From: an uncultured bacterium
GTDB taxonomy: Bacteria > Verrucomicrobiota > Kiritimatiellia > RFP12 > UBA1067
Direction: 5' to 3'
DNA: 64,000 bases
Assembly (NCBI GenBank): GCA_902799385.1
Contig: CADCAK010000001.1
Coordinates: forward strand, 96,566-160,565
In this document: positions 46,491 to 55,368 of the stretch, piece after piece
How positions within the stretch are numbered: the first letter of the stretch is position 1
Layout: each line of letters starts with the position of its first letter
Notes under the pieces: model-generated
Databases searched by the model: none
Seen by the model: only the letters and a program-made list of their open reading frames with translations
What the model was told of the DNA's origin: nothing
Translations under genes and position numbers: made by a program

Positions 46491-49028
46491 GTGACGCCAA
46501 AGGTTTCCATAGTCATTCCATGCTACAACATGAGCGGTTTCATCCGCGACTGTCTCGAATCGCTTGGAAGGCAGACGCTTTCGGAGTTTGAGGCCATCTG
46601 CGTTGACGACGGTTCGACGGACAGCACGCCCGACATCATTCGCGAATATGCGGGCAGGGACTCTCGCATAGTTCTGATTTCCCAGAAGAACGAGGGCGTC
46701 TTCGCTGCGCGCAATAGGGCCATGGCCAGGGCTAGGGGAGAGTACCTATGCTTCCTCGACCCCGACGACTGGTATCCCGAAGACGGCACTTTGTCCAAGA
46801 TGTACAAGGCCGCCGTCGAGAACGACGCCGACATTTGCGGCGGCGGATGGTCGCGGCATTTCCCCGACGGGAAAGTCGTTGACAGGTTCGAGGGGAACAT
46901 GGCGGGCCTGAACGCATTCGCGAAATGCGGCTTCGTGCCGTATTCGGACTATCAGTTCGATCTGGGATACCAGAGGTTCCTTTACCGCCGTTCGCTGATC
47001 CGCAGCCGGAACATAGAATTTCCCCCATACAAGCGCTACCAGGACCCGCCGTTCTTCGTCAAGGCAATGGCGGCGGCCGGCAGGTTCTACGGACTGGACT
47101 TTACGACCTACTGCTACAGAGTCGGGCACAAGTCCGTGGACTGGGCGTCCGACGGCTACCGCAAGCTCAAGGACTACATGAGGGGGCTGGCCGAGAACCT
47201 CCGCACGGCAAGGGAACATGGATTGGACGTCTTGCGCCGCACGACGTACGAAAGGTGCTGCGGCAACTACTTCTGGCAGACTGCCGGATCTGCCATCGCC
47301 GGGAACCTTGACGTATTCAACGTGTTTCTCTCGATGTTCGACGACGCCGTGGACGCCGTGCATGCGCTGGCAAAGGGGTTTGCGAACCATTCAAGGGACA
47401 TTGCCGGCGTAATCGAGAGGTCCGGCTGGATAAAGCCCATAGTCCCGCGCGACGTAAAGGTGATTGGCATGCACTATTTCCATCTCACCCCGGGAGGCGT
47501 GCAGCGCGTTATCGCAATACAGGTGCGGCAATTCCTCGAGATGGGATACAAGGTCAGGCTTTTCGTGGAGGAGCCCGTCACGGGCGAATGCTTCAAGGTG
47601 CCGGAAGAAGTGGAGGTCGTCAAGTTCCCCGAGACGTTTGGAAAGAACGGCCTGTCGCCAGCGGCGCGCGTCCAGGCGGTTGCGGAGGTGTTGCGCGCCC
47701 ATCCGGTCGACGTGTTCTATTCGCATTGCCATGTCTGTCCGATGATGTTCTGGGACATCCTGACGGTGAAGGCCGGCCTTGGCATCCCATATGTCCTGCA
47801 TTTCCATTCCATGTTTTCCGCCATGCTGCACGGTGCGTGGGAGACTTCCCAGGAAAGGTTTCTCGAAGCCCCGGCCCAGCACAGGTTTTGCGATCTCGTC
47901 ATCTCGCTCAGCCGCGTGGACTGTGCATACGAGATGTTCAACGGCGCCCGGTCCGTCTACCTGCCCAATCCGGTCGACGACGTCCTAAAGCGCGCTTTGC
48001 CTTCCGGGGCCGACGGCGAACGGCGCAGGGTAATGTGGATTGGCCGCATAGACGAGAACAAGCAGCCGGCAGACGCGCTCAAGGTCTTCGCAAAGGTGCA
48101 TGAAGCCCTTCCCGACGTGCGTTTTCGCATGGTCGGTGGCGGGGCAAAGTGGCTGGAGGATCGCATATCGCGGGACATCAAGGCCCTTGGCCTGGAGTCC
48201 TGCGTGGAGCGGTTGGGGTCAAAGCTCGACGTTTATCCAGACTATGCCGCGTCGTCCGTATATCTCTCGACGTCCCGCATAGAGGGGTTCCCCATGTGCT
48301 CTCTGGAGGCGCTTTGCCATGGGCTACCGATAGTCGCCTACCGGTTGCCGCAGGCGGAACTGTACAGGGACAATCCTTCCGTGGTGCAGGTCCGGCAGGG
48401 TGACGTTGCGTCTGCTGCAGCCGCAATTGTGCGGCTGCTTGAATCGCCCGACTTGCCGAGGCTTCGCGAGGAGGCCAGGATGTCGGTGCAGAAGTTCGTG
48501 GACTACGATTTCAAGGGTGCCTGGCACCGGATAATGGAGATGCTTCAGTCGAGTTGCAAGAGCGCAGCCTACGTGCCTACCGAAGAGGACTATGGCCTTA
48601 TGCGCGAGTCGCTGTTCGCGGGCATCGACGCCATGCGCGGACGCGTGGGCAGCTATCGTCGTCAGCTTGCGGAGCGCGACAGGCAACTGCTTTCCGAGAA
48701 AGAAGTCTCGGCAAAGGCCTCTGCCGCAGCCGCCGACCTGCAGAAGTGCCTGGCCGAGACGAGGGTGGCCCTGGACGACGCTAGGAAGAAGGGGGCTTCC
48801 GACTTGCGCGGGAAGTCGGCTCTGGAGGCTGCGCTTAGGCGGGAGACAGGGGAAGTCGCCGCGCTTAAGGCTTCCGAGGCGTACCGCGTGGGCATGGCCG
48901 TGACGTGGCCCGCCAGAAAGGTCTGGGGCGGGGTCAAGTGCCTCAGGGAAAACGGGCCCGCATACACCGTTAAGCACTTCCTGGGCAAGGTCGCCCGTCG
49001 TCTCGGCTTCAGAAGGGTGAAGTGGTGA
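46491..49028 (+). CDS. bifunctional glycosyltransferase (GT2 + GT4/group 1) with C-terminal coiled coil and amphipathic tail
   Basis: VSIVIPCYNMSGFIRDCLESL..AICVDDGSTD is GT2. VMWIGRIDENKQ..STSRIEGFPMCSLEALCHGLPIVAY is GT4 with the EX7E region. GTG start behind AGGGGG. Confidence 0.85.
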   Translation: MTPKVSIVIPCYNMSGFIRDCLESLGRQTLSEFEAICVDDGSTDSTPDIIREYAGRDSRIVLISQKNEGVFAARNRAMARARGEYLCFLDPDDWYPEDGTLSKMYKAAVENDADICGGGWSRHFPDGKVVDRFEGNMAGLNAFAKCGFVPYSDYQFDLGYQRFLYRRSLIRSRNIEFPPYKRYQDPPFFVKAMAAAGRFYGLDFTTYCYRVGHKSVDWASDGYRKLKDYMRGLAENLRTAREHGLDVLRRTTYERCCGNYFWQTAGSAIAGNLDVFNVFLSMFDDAVDAVHALAKGFANHSRDIAGVIERSGWIKPIVPRDVKVIGMHYFHLTPGGVQRVIAIQVRQFLEMGYKVRLFVEEPVTGECFKVPEEVEVVKFPETFGKNGLSPAARVQAVAEVLRAHPVDVFYSHCHVCPMMFWDILTVKAGLGIPYVLHFHSMFSAMLHGAWETSQERFLEAPAQHRFCDLVISLSRVDCAYEMFNGARSVYLPNPVDDVLKRALPSGADGERRRVMWIGRIDENKQPADALKVFAKVHEALPDVRFRMVGGGAKWLEDRISRDIKALGLESCVERLGSKLDVYPDYAASSVYLSTSRIEGFPMCSLEALCHGLPIVAYRLPQAELYRDNPSVVQVRQGDVASAAAAIVRLLESPDLPRLREEARMSVQKFVDYDFKGAWHRIMEMLQSSCKSAAYVPTEEDYGLMRESLFAGIDAMRGRVGSYRRQLAERDRQLLSEKEVSAKASAAAADLQKCLAETRVALDDARKKGASDLRGKSALEAALRRETGEVAALKASEAYRVGMAVTWPARKVWGGVKCLRENGPAYTVKHFLGKVARRLGFRRVKW

Positions 49029-49045
49029 GTTGCGGCGTCGTCTGG

Positions 49046-50074
49046 TCACTCAAGGTTGATGCGCATCAACTTGAGGACATCGCACGGTCTTATTGGCCAG
49101 AGCCTTGACGGTCTTTCCCCTTCAAGCGGATTCTGTATGAAATTCGGCAGGTCGGGGAGGAAGTCGAGCCCCGCCATCTCTTCGAGCTCGTCTATCGAGA
49201 CTATGTGCCTTACGGCCCATTCGCGCCACGGCACATGCTGGTCGAAGACGACGGCAAGCGCCCTCACGTCCATGCCATCCTGCGCGACGACGAGCTGGAA
49301 GAGCCGTTCGGGAATCTCAATGTCGGTCCCTTTCAGTGTTTCGCCGCGTCTGCCGGGAATCGTGCCGACGACTACCCAGAGTTCGCCGTACCGCGCCGGC
49401 CACAAGTCGGCGATGCGGTGTTCCATGTTGCGCCACACGCCGCGGTTCAGCGCGGGTGCCTGCGGCGCTACGTTCGACATGAGGAACGTCTTCTTCTGGT
49501 CGGTTCTTCCGTAGCGGGACTCTATCGCGTGGTTTGGGACCATGTGCCCCCGGTCGAACCCGCTGTGAGCGTAGACGGAAGGATTGGGGGAGTTTTCGGC
49601 TTCCTTGTCCTTCGCGAAGTTTGGGCGCTTCCCGGTTTCGTAGCGGCTTTCTGGGGGTACGTGGTAGGCGCACCAGACGGGCCTGCGGAGGGATGGCGAC
49701 CAGCCGATGGCGAATTCGCCCCTGTCGAGGACCGTTATGTCGGCTGGCTGTACGCTCCCTGCGCGACGCGGCGCACCGGCGAAGAACACCTTGCCCGCCG
49801 GCGGCTCGACATCGTATTCGTATACTGCGTCGGCGCCAGTGAGGCCGAGCGCGTCCGTTATGTCGCCGAACCTGTATCCGTTCCAGTGAAGGGCGGAGAC
49901 TAGGAATCCGGGGAGAGATTCCTCCTTCTGCCGCAGCCATTCCCGAGGATGGTGCACGAACCAGACGGCGGCGGCGGCGAACGTGACATAGCCGCCCGTG
50001 AGCGCCGCAAGCGCAAAAGAGGCGATCCGCCTTGCGGCGGACGCCTTCTTCCCTTTCCTGCGCTTCGCGCTCAT
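49046..50074 (-). CDS. membrane-anchored DNA/RNA non-specific endonuclease (His-Me finger, NucA/EndoG family)
   Basis: SGFDRGHMVPNHA motif. The basic N-terminus MSAKRRKGKK is followed by the TM segment IASFALAALTGGYVTFAAAAVWFV. ATG 50074 overlaps the upstream stop (ATGA). ORF track start 50212 is rejected. Confidence 0.8.
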   Translation of the reverse strand: MSAKRRKGKKASAARRIASFALAALTGGYVTFAAAAVWFVHHPREWLRQKEESLPGFLVSALHWNGYRFGDITDALGLTGADAVYEYDVEPPAGKVFFAGAPRRAGSVQPADITVLDRGEFAIGWSPSLRRPVWCAYHVPPESRYETGKRPNFAKDKEAENSPNPSVYAHSGFDRGHMVPNHAIESRYGRTDQKKTFLMSNVAPQAPALNRGVWRNMEHRIADLWPARYGELWVVVGTIPGRRGETLKGTDIEIPERLFQLVVAQDGMDVRALAVVFDQHVPWREWAVRHIVSIDELEEMAGLDFLPDLPNFIQNPLEGERPSRLWPIRPCDVLKLMRINLE

Positions 50075-50301
50075 AGGCTGTCGAGCTCGATGCGGATCGT
50101 GCGGCTCTTTATCGCCTGGGTTCGGTTGGGATCGACGTCGCCTGACGCATGCCGCTTCACGCCGTCGTCGCGGTTGTCCGGCACGGTGAGCTTGGCGCCG
50201 CATGCGGGACATTCCGTCTCCTGCCCGATCAGGTCGAACGTGGCCTCGATCTCGGTGTGGCAGTGGTCGCAGAGAAAGCTGGTGAAACCTTCGTCGTTCA
50301 T
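50071..50301 (-). CDS. small zinc-ribbon protein (CxxC...CxxC)
   Basis: 76 aa. FLCDHCHTEIEATFDLIGQETECPACGAKL. ATGA overlaps at both ends, with nagB upstream and the nuclease downstream. Confidence 0.6.
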   Translation of the reverse strand: MNDEGFTSFLCDHCHTEIEATFDLIGQETECPACGAKLTVPDNRDDGVKRHASGDVDPNRTQAIKSRTIRIELDSL

Positions 50302-51077
50302 AGCCCGAGCTTTGTGGCGCTACGCCACGCGTAGTATTTCTTGAGCTTGAGCTTCTTGGCGGCGGCTTCGTCGCAGAAGATCCACGCGTCGTTGTGCGCC
50401 TGGAGCGCCGATGCCGTGCAGAACTGGCTCATCGGGCCCTCTACGCATCCCTTGATCGCGTCCTGCTTGTTCGCGCCGAAGGCGAGCAGGATAATCTTCT
50501 TCGCCTCGCATATGGTGCCGACTCCCATGGAAAGCGCGCTCTTCGGGACGGCTTTCATGTCGCCCTTGAAGAAGAGCCTCGCGTTGTCCTTCACCGTGGA
50601 CGGCGTGAGGTAGACGATGGAGGTGCGGCTCTTGAGGGAGGTCCCCGGCTCGTTGAACGCGATGTGGCCGTCGGAGCCGATGCCGAGCACTTGGATGTCA
50701 ATGCCGCCCGCCTTCTTGATCTGGGCCTCGTATGCCTTGCACTCCTTTTCGGGATCCTTTGCGAGGCCGTTGAGGACGTGCGTGTTCGAGAGCTTGATGT
50801 CGATCTTCTCGAACAGGTTCTTGTTCATGAAGTACCGGTAGCTCTGGTCGTGAGTGCCGGGGAGCCCGTAGTATTCGTCGAGGTTCCAGCTCTTGACCTG
50901 CCGGTAGCTGACCTTTTTCGCCTTGACGGCCTTGGCCATCTCGGTGTACATCAGCACCGGGGTCGAGCCTGTGGCCAGGCCGAGCACGGTCTTCGGGTTC
51001 TTCTTCACGGCTTCGGTGATCATGTTCGCCGCGAGCCGGGAGGCTTCTTCTTTTGTCTTGCAGATTACGATTTCCAT
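50298..51077 (-). CDS. nagB: glucosamine-6-phosphate deaminase
   Basis: MEIVICKTKEEASRLAA.., LGLATGSTP, NLDEYYGL, LGIGSDGHIAFNEPG. AAGGAGA SD before ATG 51077. ORF track start 51116 is rejected. Confidence 0.92.
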   Translation of the reverse strand: MEIVICKTKEEASRLAANMITEAVKKNPKTVLGLATGSTPVLMYTEMAKAVKAKKVSYRQVKSWNLDEYYGLPGTHDQSYRYFMNKNLFEKIDIKLSNTHVLNGLAKDPEKECKAYEAQIKKAGGIDIQVLGIGSDGHIAFNEPGTSLKSRTSIVYLTPSTVKDNARLFFKGDMKAVPKSALSMGVGTICEAKKIILLAFGANKQDAIKGCVEGPMSQFCTASALQAHNDAWIFCDEAAAKKLKLKKYYAWRSATKLGL

Positions 51078-51078
51078 T

Positions 51079-51801
51079 TTATTTGTTCTCCTTTTCTGTT
51101 GTGTGGTCCGAGTCAATGTAGAAAGGCTTCAATGGCAGCGGTTTGCGGTCGGCCGCATTCGCGGCGTCTTGCGCGCCGGTTTCGGCCGGCGTCGCGGCGG
51201 CAGGAGCGGGGACTTCTTGCGTCTGCCCGTCCTCCGGCGCGGTCATTGTCACGCGGTAGAGCGCACGTACGCCGAGGATGGCGATCGCGACGATTGCCAC
51301 TGCGGCTGCGGCGAGGGCGACCATGCGCCAGTTGACGGCAGGCAGCGTCAGTCCGTCGTTGATCGGCATGGGCGCCGCATAGCGCGAGGACGGCTGCTGT
51401 GGCTGCCGCGTGGGCGCCTGGCCGGACGGCGCGACGGGAATGGCCGGCGAGTCGAAGTCGATCGTCGCCTGGACTTCCGGCGGCGGCTTCGCCGCAGCGG
51501 GCGCCGCCGGCGCGACGGACGTCGTCGGTGCCGGCTCGGCGGCGGCAGCCGGTCTGGCGTCCCGGCCGCCGGAGTACAGTTCCATGAACGCCTCTACGAG
51601 CGGCTTGGGTTCAAGTCCCACGGCTTCGCAGTAGAGCTTGACGAATCCCCGCCCGTAGATTGGCGCCACGATCCTGGAGAAGTCCTCCCGCTCCAGGCCC
51701 TCGACCGTCTGGACGATCATGTGCGTCCTTTCGGCAAGCTGCCCGGGCGTAAGGCCCTTGGCTTCGCGCGCCATCCGCAATGTCTTTCCGAATTCAATCA
51801 T
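51079..51801 (-). CDS. RodZ-like helix-turn-helix membrane protein
   Basis: MIEFGKTLRMAREAKGLTPGQLAERTHMIVQTVEGLERED is XRE/HTH_25-like. Followed by a Pro/Ala-rich linker and the TM segment VALAAAAVAIVAIAILGV. AGGAGG SD. The 498-aa ORF-track extension overlaps ftsK and is rejected. Confidence 0.65.
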   Translation of the reverse strand: MIEFGKTLRMAREAKGLTPGQLAERTHMIVQTVEGLEREDFSRIVAPIYGRGFVKLYCEAVGLEPKPLVEAFMELYSGGRDARPAAAAEPAPTTSVAPAAPAAAKPPPEVQATIDFDSPAIPVAPSGQAPTRQPQQPSSRYAAPMPINDGLTLPAVNWRMVALAAAAVAIVAIAILGVRALYRVTMTAPEDGQTQEVPAPAAATPAETGAQDAANAADRKPLPLKPFYIDSDHTTEKENK

Positions 51802-54335
51802 TGTGGTTCCTCCTGATTTGCAAAATCGCCGACCGGCTCGGTCTCGGCCTCCGTGCCTTCCGCCGCGCCGCCGTCGCCGTTGCCGTTGAAGATCGCGAGA
51901 AGCTGCTGCTGGTCCATGACGATCGGCCTCGGTCCGGCGCCCTGCTGCGGGCCGATGACGCCTGCGTCCTCGAGCTTGTCGCAAAGTTTCGCCGCGTGGT
52001 TGTAGCCGATGCCGAGTCGCCGCTGGAAGTGCGAGACGGACGCGCGGTTCGTGTTGATGATGCACTCGAGGGCGCGCTTGAAGAGGTCCGCGTCTTCGTT
52101 GGCCTTGACCATCTCCCTTGCACTCGGCACGTCCTCGCCGCCGCCCGGCTGGTTGTCGGGATCGTCCTCGTTCGATGCGAAGGGGTCTTCGATGGACGCT
52201 TCCTTGACGCGCCCGAGCTTGGTCGCGAACTTTTCGTCGAACTGGGTGTTCGAGTGCTCCTGTATGAAGTCGGTGATGCCGGCGATCTCGGCGTCCGATA
52301 TCCACGCTCCCTGTGCGCGGATGAGAAGCCCGTCCTTGCCCTTGAACAGCATGTCGCCCTTGCCGATGAGGTTCTCGGCGCCGGTGTCGTCGAGGATCGT
52401 CCTTGAGTCGACCGAAGAGGAGGTCTTGAACGCGACGCGGCCGGGGATGTTCGCCTTGATCGTGCCAGTGATTATCTTTGCGTCGGGGCGCTGGGTGGCG
52501 AGGACGAGGTGTATGCCGGCTGCGCGGGCCTTGGCGGTCAGGCGCGAGATGTCCGGCGTCACTTCCTTCGAGCACTGGCTCATGAGGTCCGCGACCTCGT
52601 CGATGATTATTACGATGTAGGGAACCGTCTTCAGCATGTCTGAGCCGACTTCGGCGTCGTTGCCGAACATGTCGGTCTGGGTGAACGTGGTGCGGTGGTT
52701 GAAGTCGTAGATGTTCCTGACCCGGGCGCGTGCGAACATCTTGAGCCGCTTCTCCATTTCCGCAACGGCCCAGTGGAGCGAGAAGACTACCTTGCGGTTG
52801 TCGGTGATGACCGGGACGAGAAGATGCGGGATTGTCGCGTATGGAGTGAATTCGACGGACTTCGGGTCGACCATGATTAGCTTAAGCTGCTCTGGCGTAC
52901 GCGTCATTAGAAGACCGCAGATGAGCGAGTTGAGGCACACCGACTTGCCCTGGCCGGTCGCGCCAGCGACGAGCATGTGCGGCATCGAAGCGAGGTCGGA
53001 GACGAGCTCCTTCCCGTCGGCGCGCTTGCCGAAGAGAAGGGGAAGCTCCGCCTTCGAGCCGCGCCACGCATCGGACTCGAACACTTCGCGGAAGGAAATC
53101 CCCGCAGGCTTGCGGTTCGGCACCTCTATGCCGATGCGGTCCTCGCCGGGGATAGGCGCCTCGATGCGGATCGACTTTGCGTGTAGCGCGCCCTTGAGGT
53201 TGTCGGTTAGGTTCGTGACGGCCGAGTAGCGCGTGCCCGGGGCGAGCTCGATGGCGTACTTGGTCACGACCGGCCCCTGCACGGTGTAGCTGAGCTGCGC
53301 ATCCACGCCGAAGAGCTTGAGCGTGGAGATGAGGCGCTGGCTCATCTCCCCCACGTCGCTGTGGTCGGCCGCAGTCGTGCGCAGCGGGCTGAGGAGCGAG
53401 AGCGGCGGCAGCAGGTAGGGCCCCTTGTCGGGAGCCGAAGTCTCTCCTTCGGGGTCTGGCGCGGAGGCTTTCCTGGCTTGCGCGGCCGGCGCGGCCTGTT
53501 CCGCATCCGCGACGCCCCTTGCCGCCTCCCGTTCGGCGCGCGCGGCCTCCTTCGCTGCGCGAACCGCGTCTTTCTCGGCTTGTCGCGCCGCCGCCTTTTC
53601 GGCCTTTGCGCGTTCCTTCTCGAGGCGGGCCTGCTCCTTTTCGATACGGGCCTGCTCTTTCGCGTCCCTCTTCGCCTGGAGCGCGGCGAGATATGCGGCC
53701 TGCTGGGCTTCGTATTCCTCGTCGGAGCCTGCGTCCTCCCGCGACGGCGCGATGTGTCCGCCGGCCGCGGCCCAGCGGGAAAGTCCGGAGAAGAGACCAG
53801 CAATCGTCTTCATGCCTATGCACGCGACGAGGGAGACGAGCGCGACGATCGCCATCATTGCCGAGCCGCCGAAGTCGCTCAGCAGGGGGGAGACGAGGCG
53901 TGTCATGACGAGATAGCCGACTGCGCCGCCTGCGTTTGCGATGTTGACGCGGCCAAGCGCGGCGGAAATCCCCGGCGCATGGCCCTGCGCCGCCTGCAGG
54001 AGGCATGCGCACGCCGCGACGAAGAGCGCAAACCACGGGGCGCGGCGACCGAGGTTGAGCCTGCGCCCGCCGACGAGGCATAGCCCGAGCACTATGCAGA
54101 CGACGGGGATTGTCCAGACGGCAAGGCCGATTGACATGTAGCCGAGGTAGGCGAAGGAGTCGCCGAGCGCCCCTACCCAGTTAGTGGACGGCAACGGAGG
54201 GACGCGCAGCGCGGCGACAGAGCGCCAGTCGTAGGTCAGGAGCGCCACGAGCGGGAAAAGGGAGATTGGGAAAAGCAACCATCCGAAGACGTGCTTTTCG
54301 CGGCTTGCGTCGATGTTGGAAGATGTGTCTGTCAT
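51798..54335 (-). CDS. ftsK: DNA translocase FtsK/SpoIIIE
   Basis: N-terminal TM segments. Walker A LVAGATGQGKS. IIIDEVADL. C-terminal gamma winged helix SVSHFQRRLGIGYNHAAKLCDKLE. Start ATG 54335. Confidence 0.9.
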   Translation of the reverse strand: MTDTSSNIDASREKHVFGWLLFPISLFPLVALLTYDWRSVAALRVPPLPSTNWVGALGDSFAYLGYMSIGLAVWTIPVVCIVLGLCLVGGRRLNLGRRAPWFALFVAACACLLQAAQGHAPGISAALGRVNIANAGGAVGYLVMTRLVSPLLSDFGGSAMMAIVALVSLVACIGMKTIAGLFSGLSRWAAAGGHIAPSREDAGSDEEYEAQQAAYLAALQAKRDAKEQARIEKEQARLEKERAKAEKAAARQAEKDAVRAAKEAARAEREAARGVADAEQAAPAAQARKASAPDPEGETSAPDKGPYLLPPLSLLSPLRTTAADHSDVGEMSQRLISTLKLFGVDAQLSYTVQGPVVTKYAIELAPGTRYSAVTNLTDNLKGALHAKSIRIEAPIPGEDRIGIEVPNRKPAGISFREVFESDAWRGSKAELPLLFGKRADGKELVSDLASMPHMLVAGATGQGKSVCLNSLICGLLMTRTPEQLKLIMVDPKSVEFTPYATIPHLLVPVITDNRKVVFSLHWAVAEMEKRLKMFARARVRNIYDFNHRTTFTQTDMFGNDAEVGSDMLKTVPYIVIIIDEVADLMSQCSKEVTPDISRLTAKARAAGIHLVLATQRPDAKIITGTIKANIPGRVAFKTSSSVDSRTILDDTGAENLIGKGDMLFKGKDGLLIRAQGAWISDAEIAGITDFIQEHSNTQFDEKFATKLGRVKEASIEDPFASNEDDPDNQPGGGEDVPSAREMVKANEDADLFKRALECIINTNRASVSHFQRRLGIGYNHAAKLCDKLEDAGVIGPQQGAGPRPIVMDQQQLLAIFNGNGDGGAAEGTEAETEPVGDFANQEEPQ

Positions 54336-54544
54336 TTTTTGCCGATGTCTGTTGTGCCTCCGCCTTGGGTGAGTGGCATGGGGTTGTCGCGGGCAGGGGT
54401 GCCGGGGACTTGCGGCCTGTCCGTCTTTAGGGAGTAGTACACCAGTATGGCCAGCAGAAGTGCCAGGAGCTTGAGCCCCCAATTGTACGTCAGTACCGAC
54501 AACGCCCTCGAGAAAACGCCAGGTTTCTGCACTTCGGCCTTCAT
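54332..54544 (-). CDS. minimal CdaR/YbbR-like membrane protein (TM anchor only, no YbbR domains)
   Basis: 70 aa from ATG 54544. YNWGLKLLALLLAILVYYSL resembles the N-terminal anchor of CdaR. Sits directly after cdaA. ATGA overlaps on both sides. Confidence 0.5.
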   Translation of the reverse strand: MKAEVQKPGVFSRALSVLTYNWGLKLLALLLAILVYYSLKTDRPQVPGTPARDNPMPLTQGGGTTDIGKK

Positions 54545-55368
54545 TCGTCGTCTCCTTTCGGAAGCAAGTCCGCCAGTTTCCGCGTCCACGGTCTCAGGGC
54601 GCCGATGCGGGACGCGCCGCCCGTGCGGGGAAGGGTCTTGGCAAGCCAGCGGTGCAGCGACTCGGCCCTCTGCTCGCCCGAATATCGGAAGAGCTTGCCG
54701 TTGCGCGCCACGGATATGCCGCCCGTCTCTTCCGAGACGACTACGACGAGCGCGTCGGTCTCCTCGGAAAGCCCGACGGCGGCGCGGTGGCGCATGCCGT
54801 TGGATATCAGGTCCGGGTTGTTCGACACGGGGAATATGCAGTGGGCGGAGGACAGCCTGCCGTTCCTGAGCACCGCGCCGCCGTCGTGCAGCGGCAGCGG
54901 CGGCGTGAATATGCTCGTCATGAGCTCGCGCGAGAATACGGCGTCGAGCACGACGCCTGTGTCCTCGTAGCCCCTCAGCGAAATTCCGCGCTCGAAGGCG
55001 AGTAGTGCGCCGATGCGCCGGTCGGCGAGCGAGAGGATGGTCTCGACGACGAGATCGGGCGTGGCGGCGTCGCCAGGGCCGTATTTCGGCTTTTCGAAGT
55101 AGCCGAACGCACCAACGGCGGAGAGTATGCGGCGGATCTCCGGCTGGAAGATGACCACGGTCGAGACTGCGATGTAGACAAGGAGGAACTGCACTATGCG
55201 CGTCAGCACGTCGAAGTGGAAGAGATACGCGAACGCGATGAGGAGCGCGGCGAGTATGCCGAAGCCCATCAGCGCCTGGCCAAAGCGCGATCCCTTCGCA
55301 CCCCTCAGGATTGCGTAGATCACGAAGTAGAGTATCGCGATCTGGACTATGGCCGAGACGTCTATCAT
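54541..55368 (-). CDS. cdaA: diadenylate cyclase CdaA (DisA_N/DAC domain, membrane bound)
   Basis: Three N-terminal TM segments. HDGGAVLRNGRL, GMRHRAAVGLSEETDALVVVVSEETGGISV. Confidence 0.9.
   Translation of the reverse strand: MIDVSAIVQIAILYFVIYAILRGAKGSRFGQALMGFGILAALLIAFAYLFHFDVLTRIVQFLLVYIAVSTVVIFQPEIRRILSAVGAFGYFEKPKYGPGDAATPDLVVETILSLADRRIGALLAFERGISLRGYEDTGVVLDAVFSRELMTSIFTPPLPLHDGGAVLRNGRLSSAHCIFPVSNNPDLISNGMRHRAAVGLSEETDALVVVVSEETGGISVARNGKLFRYSGEQRAESLHRWLAKTLPRTGGASRIGALRPWTRKLADLLPKGDDE

Noticed and set aside
49029-49045. Bidirectional terminator between the convergent glycosyltransferase and nuclease genes.
   Set aside because: Only a 5-bp TGAGT/ACTCA stem could be drawn in the 17-nt gap, with no T or A tracts. 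That is too weak to call.
51802-52575. N-terminal 258-aa extension of ORF 51079..52575 (-). Similar upstream extensions exist in ORF-track entries 11715, 22990, 57519, 62382, 50212 and 54482.
   Set aside because: The extensions overlap the preceding well-supported genes and are compositionally biased. Internal ATG or GTG starts give proper signal peptides or conserved N-termini, and often have an SD or an ATGA overlap.
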